Positions 58,508-64,000 of a stretch of 64,000 bases of DNA are shown in pieces (within the stretch, counting starts at the first letter, position 1; the number at the start of each line of letters is the position of its first letter). The notes under the pieces were generated by a model, which was given only the letters and a program-made list of their open reading frames with translations, searched no databases and had not been told where the DNA came from. The stretch covers positions 8,198 through 72,197 of the forward strand of contig CAZEIK010000004.1 in the NCBI GenBank assembly GCA_964512315.1, written 5' to 3'. Origin of the DNA: an uncultured Candidatus Saccharibacteria bacterium (GTDB lineage: Bacteria > Patescibacteriota > Minisyncoccia > Phycocordibacterales > UBA5272). A program made the position numbers and the translations under genes.

Positions 58508-60328
58508 TTATAAACTCTTGACCATGTACGTATTCTGTAGTGTAAAGCCTCTTTTTTTGTAATATTCGCGTACACCCACTCCTGAAATAATAGTGAGTTT
58601 TTTGTATTTTAGATTGTGTTTGTTGTCACCGCGCGCAATCTCCTCGGCACGAGCCAGTAACTTCTTACCCATACCTGTATGTTGTGACTGATTACCTTCC
58701 TCACCCACTCTTTTCATGGTTCCATATACATGCAGCTCGCGCACCAATGCTGAGTCTGACAGCAGGTCGTCTATTTGATATGCATCAGTCTTACTTAGAT
58801 TATCCTTCTCAAATTGCAAGCTCTCCTCTTTCCATTTCTTAATCCCCCAATTTGCATCACTTTGTATAAAAGAAGGATTTAAATTAGAATTATCTCGTAG
58901 GGCCCCATCCGATAGGCTATGGGGTAAAGAGGAATTATAATTTGAATCTTTCTTTGGTAACCTAAGCCTTAGAAACCCTGCCAACTTATTTTCCTTTTTA
59001 TTCTCAAATTGTAAGAAACACTCAAAGGAATGTCTGGTCTCATACCAAGTTTCAGTTAATTCAAAGTCATTAGGGTCGACTTCTGCATCACGTATTTCGC
59101 GCGCACGAATGTCTACCTGCTGTACACCACGAGCCTTCTGATACTTGTCTACATCTTCACGCAGGTTACTTTTCTTGCTACCGATGATTATATAGTCTGC
59201 AGGTATGTCGCGTATAACACGAATCAGTCTCGTATAATTCGGAACATAGCTCTCACAGTCAGCGAGCACTCTAGTCAGTAACTCATCACTGTACGCTGTA
59301 TAATCTATTTTCTTCTGAGTTACTAGCTTATACAGGAGAGAACCTTTCAAGACCATATTCGGATATATTTTCATCATGTCTGGATGATGATCTAGTCCGT
59401 CGTACAGATTCTTGAACATCAACACATCCATCTCGGGTGTGGATGTGGGCAAATTAGGCATCATGTGATACACAACCTTGAACCCATAATCACGAAGCAT
59501 TTCAGAACCAGCCGCAACAGCCTCTGCGGTCATCTCACGCTTATTAAATGCTAGCACCCCATTATCAAGATGCTGCACACCGAGCTCAACCTTGGTAACA
59601 CCGAGTAGTCTCATCCACTTTAACTCAGACGGGATAATATAATCAGGTCTAGTCTCAACAGAAAGTCCAATAATACGCGCATGTGCCGACTCATTAATTT
59701 TCTGTAACTCTTCTAATGTATAATTATTATCTTTTTCTATGAACTCTCTACCCTCTTCTACAGCACGCCAATTGTTACATGCACGAAATGCCTCACGAGT
59801 GAATTCCTCTTGATATTCTTTTTTATAAAAATTAAATGTGCCACCGATAAAAATCATCTCTATCTTATCCACGGGGTGGCCGTTCATCGTGAGGGCACGC
59901 AATCTAGTCCATATCTGCTTATACGGATCGAATCTTTGCATCAGAGCGCGTGCTGCTGCTGGCTCACGAGAAAGATATGACTTTGGCATATTCTTCTCAG
60001 TAGGACAGTATATACAACGCCCTGGACAAGTGTATGGCTTGGTTAGAAGTGACACTACCGCAACTCCCGAGTTACTACGAACTTTTAATCTCTTCAAGAT
60101 GTTCTCAGTCTTTATGTCCCTACTCGCCACACCTTCTGCAACCAACTCATTGTACAGCTCTAACAGTTCTGGGTTGTTAGGCATCTGCCCTTTGGCGTCA
60201 ACTTTGTTATTAATCTTTTCGCGCACAGCTATCCAACGTGTACGCCAATAATCATCACGTGCGACTAGACGCTTGAGCTTGGCAACATCTACCTCTGTCT
60301 TAACATTTTCAAAAATATTAGAAATCAT
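58508..60328 (-). CDS. elp3: Elp3 family radical SAM/GNAT tRNA uridine-34 carboxymethyltransferase
   Basis: R..SGVAVV, CPGRCIYCP, PKSY, GH.VDK.E.I..GGTF, ETRPD, ELGVQ, HMMPNLP, KIYP, R.IRDIP, RELHVYG, QH.G.GK.L, ISGVGVREYY; probable start ATG 60328. Confidence 0.93.
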   Translation of the reverse strand: MISNIFENVKTEVDVAKLKRLVARDDYWRTRWIAVREKINNKVDAKGQMPNNPELLELYNELVAEGVASRDIKTENILKRLKVRSNSGVAVVSLLTKPYTCPGRCIYCPTEKNMPKSYLSREPAAARALMQRFDPYKQIWTRLRALTMNGHPVDKIEMIFIGGTFNFYKKEYQEEFTREAFRACNNWRAVEEGREFIEKDNNYTLEELQKINESAHARIIGLSVETRPDYIIPSELKWMRLLGVTKVELGVQHLDNGVLAFNKREMTAEAVAAGSEMLRDYGFKVVYHMMPNLPTSTPEMDVLMFKNLYDGLDHHPDMMKIYPNMVLKGSLLYKLVTQKKIDYTAYSDELLTRVLADCESYVPNYTRLIRVIRDIPADYIIIGSKKSNLREDVDKYQKARGVQQVDIRAREIRDAEVDPNDFELTETWYETRHSFECFLQFENKKENKLAGFLRLRLPKKDSNYNSSLPHSLSDGALRDNSNLNPSFIQSDANWGIKKWKEESLQFEKDNLSKTDAYQIDDLLSDSALVRELHVYGTMKRVGEEGNQSQHTGMGKKLLARAEEIARGDNKHNLKYKKLTIISGVGVREYYKKRGFTLQNTYMVKSL

Positions 60329-60438
60329 TTTATTTAGATACCCCAAAAATATATGAGGGACTTAAATAAAACTTACGCTTATATCATTAAGCTTTATTAC
60401 TTATACATTAACATACTTTTATGCTATAGTAAAGACAA

Positions 60439-61092
60439 ATGAATTCAGACTTCGACCCAATAAAGCATACAGCTGATGGATACAATAAAATAGCCAATGA
60501 ATGGGACCAGACTAGGAAACAGTCTTGGGATGAGGTCAACGTTTATATTGAAAAGTATCTGAAAGACGGCCAGAAAATAATAGATATTGGATGCGGCAAT
60601 GGGCGTGCGCTATTTCTCTTGGAAAAATACAAAGATTTAGAATACCTAGGAATAGATAATTCGGAAAAGTTAATAGAGAAAGCGAAAGATAACTTTCCTG
60701 ATTACCAATTCGAACATTTTGATGGTCTCAACTTTTCTAAATACAAAAAAGATTATTATGATGTTGCTCTACTGGTTGCTGTAATACATCACATACCTGA
60801 AGGCATGATTATAAACTGGCTCATAAATATAAATTCTCTTCTCAAAAAAGATGGAGTTATTTTTGTGACGAGCTGGGATGTTATGAGTGGTAAGAGCAAG
60901 TCATATCTAGACGAAGAAAAAAAAGGGCTGCTGCCATTCATGAGTCATAAAAATATAAGATTCGTAAAGTCTTATACAAAGGACGAATTAGAAAAATACC
61001 TGAAGTTGGCTGGATTCAAAATTTTAGACGGAGGATACGCTAGCCGACAGAGTGGTGAGAAAAATATTTTTATTGTTGGTCAGAAACTCTAA
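60439..61092 (+). CDS. Class I SAM methyltransferase, Trm9/ALKBH8-like
   Basis: YNKIA..W..TR...W, DIGCGNG, DNS..L, AVIHH, L.K.G...VTSW. Confidence 0.8.
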   Translation: MNSDFDPIKHTADGYNKIANEWDQTRKQSWDEVNVYIEKYLKDGQKIIDIGCGNGRALFLLEKYKDLEYLGIDNSEKLIEKAKDNFPDYQFEHFDGLNFSKYKKDYYDVALLVAVIHHIPEGMIINWLININSLLKKDGVIFVTSWDVMSGKSKSYLDEEKKGLLPFMSHKNIRFVKSYTKDELEKYLKLAGFKILDGGYASRQSGEKNIFIVGQKL

Positions 61093-62323
61093 TTGTATAA
61101 ATATCAGGTACACCACTTTGACCTTTTAGATAAACTTTACCTCCGTTAAGCCAAGAGTTCTGATTGAAATAAAAGTTGAGCAACCATCTGTCTCCATTAG
61201 GTATAGCGTCGTATACGCCTGGCTTGTACTGACTCTGCAAGGCAGTATAGTTATCTGGATTAGAACAATTACCTTCACCGCTTCTCTCGAGACAAATTTC
61301 TGTTGGTGAATTCATGTCTGTCTTATACGTAAAATACAGAGAATTAACAGGACTTCTCAATCTATAGAAAGTTCCAGATGAAGCAGACAACTTAACACTT
61401 GTAGTTGTTTGTGTTTGAGGTGCTGGCGCTGTATTGTTATTAGTCGCTGGTATAACTGTAGTCTGCGTTGTTGTATTTACAACTTTGGGTGCTGAGTAAG
61501 TAACCACAACTCCCCTTCTCGCTTTTTCTATAGAAGCTTGATCGCCTCTACAAGTAATCGCTGCTATTGAAGCTCTTGTGTTAGGGCCAACATAACCGCG
61601 AACATCAACACCATGTCTCGATTGCCAAAGTCTAACAGCGGCCTCAGTGTTGCGTCCGAAATATCCAGTTGGCCACATCTCCATATATCCAGTATCAGAC
61701 AAGAACTTCTGCAGTGTCAGAACTTGTGACGCACGAGATCCATACTCCATGAACTGTGTCATAACAGTGCAACGATAATTAATATTCTGATCTGAGACTA
61801 TTCCAGATGGCATAGACGAATACACATTGCCGCCCGAGTTACCATTATTAGAACCCCCGTTGTTACCACTACCTGTATCTGAAAAATTATCTTCACAAGC
61901 ACTCAATACTGTTGGCGTAATATTGTCGTCTTCACCTAACAAGTTAGTGTAGAAACTATAAATAGATTGCCTCTCGCTTGTATTAAAAGTTGCCGCCTCA
62001 ACATTACTGTAAACGTCATCAAAAATTGCACCCGAGAATCTAGATGACGCACAATTAGTAGCTGCAGCATCTCGCTTTGCAACTTCTACTGCCTGATCTC
62101 TCGTCTGAGGATTGATGGTTAAAATATATTGCAAAGACCTAGCAACTTGAGCAAGCGCGCTCACTTGAGGAGTTGAAAGCTTATAGGCACTAGCCATGTT
62201 AGTTATCATAGACTCAACCTCATCTCTTATACCATTATTATTACTATCCCCAGCAACGGACTGAGCCGAGACAAAACTAATCGCAACAAAAGAAACAAAA
62301 ATTCCTAATAGAAACTTATTCAT
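61070..62323 (-). CDS. Secreted protein with peptidoglycan-binding (PG_binding_1) domain
   Basis: Signal peptide; YGS....V..LQ.FL...GY....TGYFG..T.AAV..WQ...G....G.VGP.TR; N-terminal GDSNNNGIRD motif. Confidence 0.85.
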   Translation of the reverse strand: MNKFLLGIFVSFVAISFVSAQSVAGDSNNNGIRDEVESMITNMASAYKLSTPQVSALAQVARSLQYILTINPQTRDQAVEVAKRDAAATNCASSRFSGAIFDDVYSNVEAATFNTSERQSIYSFYTNLLGEDDNITPTVLSACEDNFSDTGSGNNGGSNNGNSGGNVYSSMPSGIVSDQNINYRCTVMTQFMEYGSRASQVLTLQKFLSDTGYMEMWPTGYFGRNTEAAVRLWQSRHGVDVRGYVGPNTRASIAAITCRGDQASIEKARRGVVVTYSAPKVVNTTTQTTVIPATNNNTAPAPQTQTTTSVKLSASSGTFYRLRSPVNSLYFTYKTDMNSPTEICLERSGEGNCSNPDNYTALQSQYKPGVYDAIPNGDRWLLNFYFNQNSWLNGGKVYLKGQSGVPDIYTIRVSDQQ

Positions 62324-63617
62324 ATAGCCAGTATAACCATTTATTTATACCGCTTGGGGCGCTTTTCCCCACTGAAGGCTGAGTCTGCTTTGTTGGCTCC
62401 ATTGTTTGAGTTGTAGTTGCGGACTGACTTGATGTTACCTTATTAGACAAATTAACCTTTTTATACAAGGGTCTTTTGTGTTGTGTTGAGCTAGCTTTTG
62501 TCTCATTCAAAGAAAACATTATACTTTTGTTTTCGTTTTTATAAAATTCAGGAACTAATGTATTATTAGAAAATCTAAGCTTTGGGTTAGCACAACCGAA
62601 TCCGAGAACTTTGTCACTAATCAAAACTTTAGAATTTTTATTAATTAGAAAATGTCTAGCTATTTGAAATATTCCCGTGTCACACATTATATTAAATCCT
62701 CCTATATCTATATCTTCGTCGTCTATATTCTCAACAACAATACCACTAGACGTGGCGTACACCTTTAACTTCGGATCTCTAACATGCACCGTTACCTTCT
62801 CTATACCATAAACATTACTATTTTCTACTTCTAGAAAGGCATTATAGTCTCCGGAGTTTTGATATATGTGACTAGATGTTGCACCAACCGCACCAGCACC
62901 GTCACCAAATGACCAATAAACAGTTCCCACAATATTAGTGTTCTTGCTATCCGCATTACGTGTTTCAAAATAAGTACTAGCACCAGCTGTAGTAAATATT
63001 TCTTTATTCGTTAACATGTGTATGTCGCCAAGCAAATACGTTCTCTTGGTTGTTTGAACATATGAATTAGAACTAGTTTGTGTTGTTGCACTAGAAGTAG
63101 ATGTGGGTGTAGTTGAAACAGAACCAGAAAAAGCCACATTCACATCACCCGGTGTTGAGTTGCCAGGTAACCATGATCCGTTTATGAGTGAAAGTGTGCC
63201 ACCCGTTCCATTTGAATCTGGCACAGGAGTATAACTGACCTTACTGGCTGACTCACCATTTGCTGTGCGCATTTCTATTGTCTCACCTGAATTCGAAAAA
63301 GAAAAAGCTGAGTCAAAAAGGCTTCCAGTAAAATTAGGATTATCTAGCAAGAAAAAGCTAGCATTGTCAGCGATAATCGCATAAGTACCTTTCTGTAACA
63401 TTTCTGCACCTGACACGTAACTAATAGTATGACTTGTGCTGTTCTCAAAGAATTTATAAGTCTTAAGGTCTACTGTGGCTTCGCCATCATTATAAACTTC
63501 GAACCACTCATGACCAGTATCTGATCCAGATGGATCGTACAATATCTCAGTTATCTGTAAAGCTTTTGCGTTCTGCAAGAGAGCCGTAACACATAAACAC
63601 AAGATAAGCTTTTTCAT
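62316..63617 (-). CDS. Secreted lamin-tail-domain plus PKD-domain protein
   Basis: ITEILYDP.G.D...EWFE.YN, FSNSGE, STPG..N (LTD); WSFGDG...H.Y...G.Y (PKD). Confidence 0.85.
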   Translation of the reverse strand: MKKLILCLCVTALLQNAKALQITEILYDPSGSDTGHEWFEVYNDGEATVDLKTYKFFENSTSHTISYVSGAEMLQKGTYAIIADNASFFLLDNPNFTGSLFDSAFSFSNSGETIEMRTANGESASKVSYTPVPDSNGTGGTLSLINGSWLPGNSTPGDVNVAFSGSVSTTPTSTSSATTQTSSNSYVQTTKRTYLLGDIHMLTNKEIFTTAGASTYFETRNADSKNTNIVGTVYWSFGDGAGAVGATSSHIYQNSGDYNAFLEVENSNVYGIEKVTVHVRDPKLKVYATSSGIVVENIDDEDIDIGGFNIMCDTGIFQIARHFLINKNSKVLISDKVLGFGCANPKLRFSNNTLVPEFYKNENKSIMFSLNETKASSTQHKRPLYKKVNLSNKVTSSQSATTTQTMEPTKQTQPSVGKSAPSGINKWLYWLYE

Positions 63618-63620
63618 ATT

Positions 63621-64000
63621 TTATAATTCTAAGATTTTTTTTATATCCTCATCTGCAACAGTCTTAGTCTTTGGCTGAGAGATCTTAGTAGCGTCTTCTG
63701 CCGAGACCTCTTTTTTAGATACTCCTAGGGCAACATTGAGCGCGTCTCGGAGTGCGGTATTCTTTTTTTCTTCTCTAACTTGACCTTGATCTGTATGACT
63801 TACTCTATTAACAACTTTGTCATTACCCCTTCTATCTTCAACTTTCTTCTCTTCTACTTTTTCTATTCTTTTCTCATGTATAACTTTTTGAACTTTTTGT
63901 TTTGCTTCTTCAGCTGGAGATATTGATTTTGGTTTTGCTCCGAACCACTCCACAACCGGCCTATACCAATTTCTTATATCCTCCTCTACGCTAGCTCTAT
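63621..64000 (-). CDS. C-terminal end of a gene entering from beyond the window (possibly a VirD4/TraG-like ATPase tail)
   Basis: Frame is open to the window edge: ...RASVEEDIRNWYRPVVEWFGAK...; identity is only a weak resemblance. Confidence 0.5.
   Translation of the reverse strand, partial: RASVEEDIRNWYRPVVEWFGAKPKSISPAEEAKQKVQKVIHEKRIEKVEEKKVEDRRGNDKVVNRVSHTDQGQVREEKKNTALRDALNVALGVSKKEVSAEDATKISQPKTKTVADEDIKKILEL

Noticed and set aside
886-60251. Numerous short antisense ORFs in the track within conserved genes
   Set aside because: Fully nested opposite well-supported genes; treated as shadows.

Overview
A 64-kb, low-GC chromosomal segment of a reduced-genome bacterium, most likely Patescibacteria/CPR (Parcubacteria-like). 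That call rests on the compact rpoB and valS, split transketolase, complete type IV pilus locus, GatCA and many leaderless-type promoters. TGA is used as a stop, so the code is standard code 11. Contents in order: rpoC'/rpoB; a glycosyltransferase trio; pta and gltX; tgt; repair and redox genes; a gap-rpiB-rpe-tkt-pfkB-fba-malic enzyme cluster; gatCA and ligA; a 14-gene type IV pilus locus plus a separate LamG pilin; a SET-domain gene near an unannotated histone-H1-like micro-gene; a RelE/ParE toxin with a probable antitoxin; valS, lepA, murJ, rlmH and tsaD; and surface proteins. There are five tRNA genes and an RNase P RNA. Four small ORFs absent from the ORF track were recovered. No CRISPR array, transposase or integrase was seen. 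Best leads: (1) a divergent Elp3 + Trm9/ALKBH8-like pair suggesting an archaeal/eukaryotic-type mcm5U34 pathway in a bacterium; (2) a SET methyltransferase, coiled-coil protein and H1-like protein block; (3) a promoter-driven structured RNA candidate with a permuted complementary partner downstream of tsaD; (4) a lone ~60% GC secreted-protein gene behind tRNA-Arg; (5) a membrane protein joining Ca-binding repeats to an RxxxxH (HEPN-like) domain. All family calls come from motif recognition; no database search was run.
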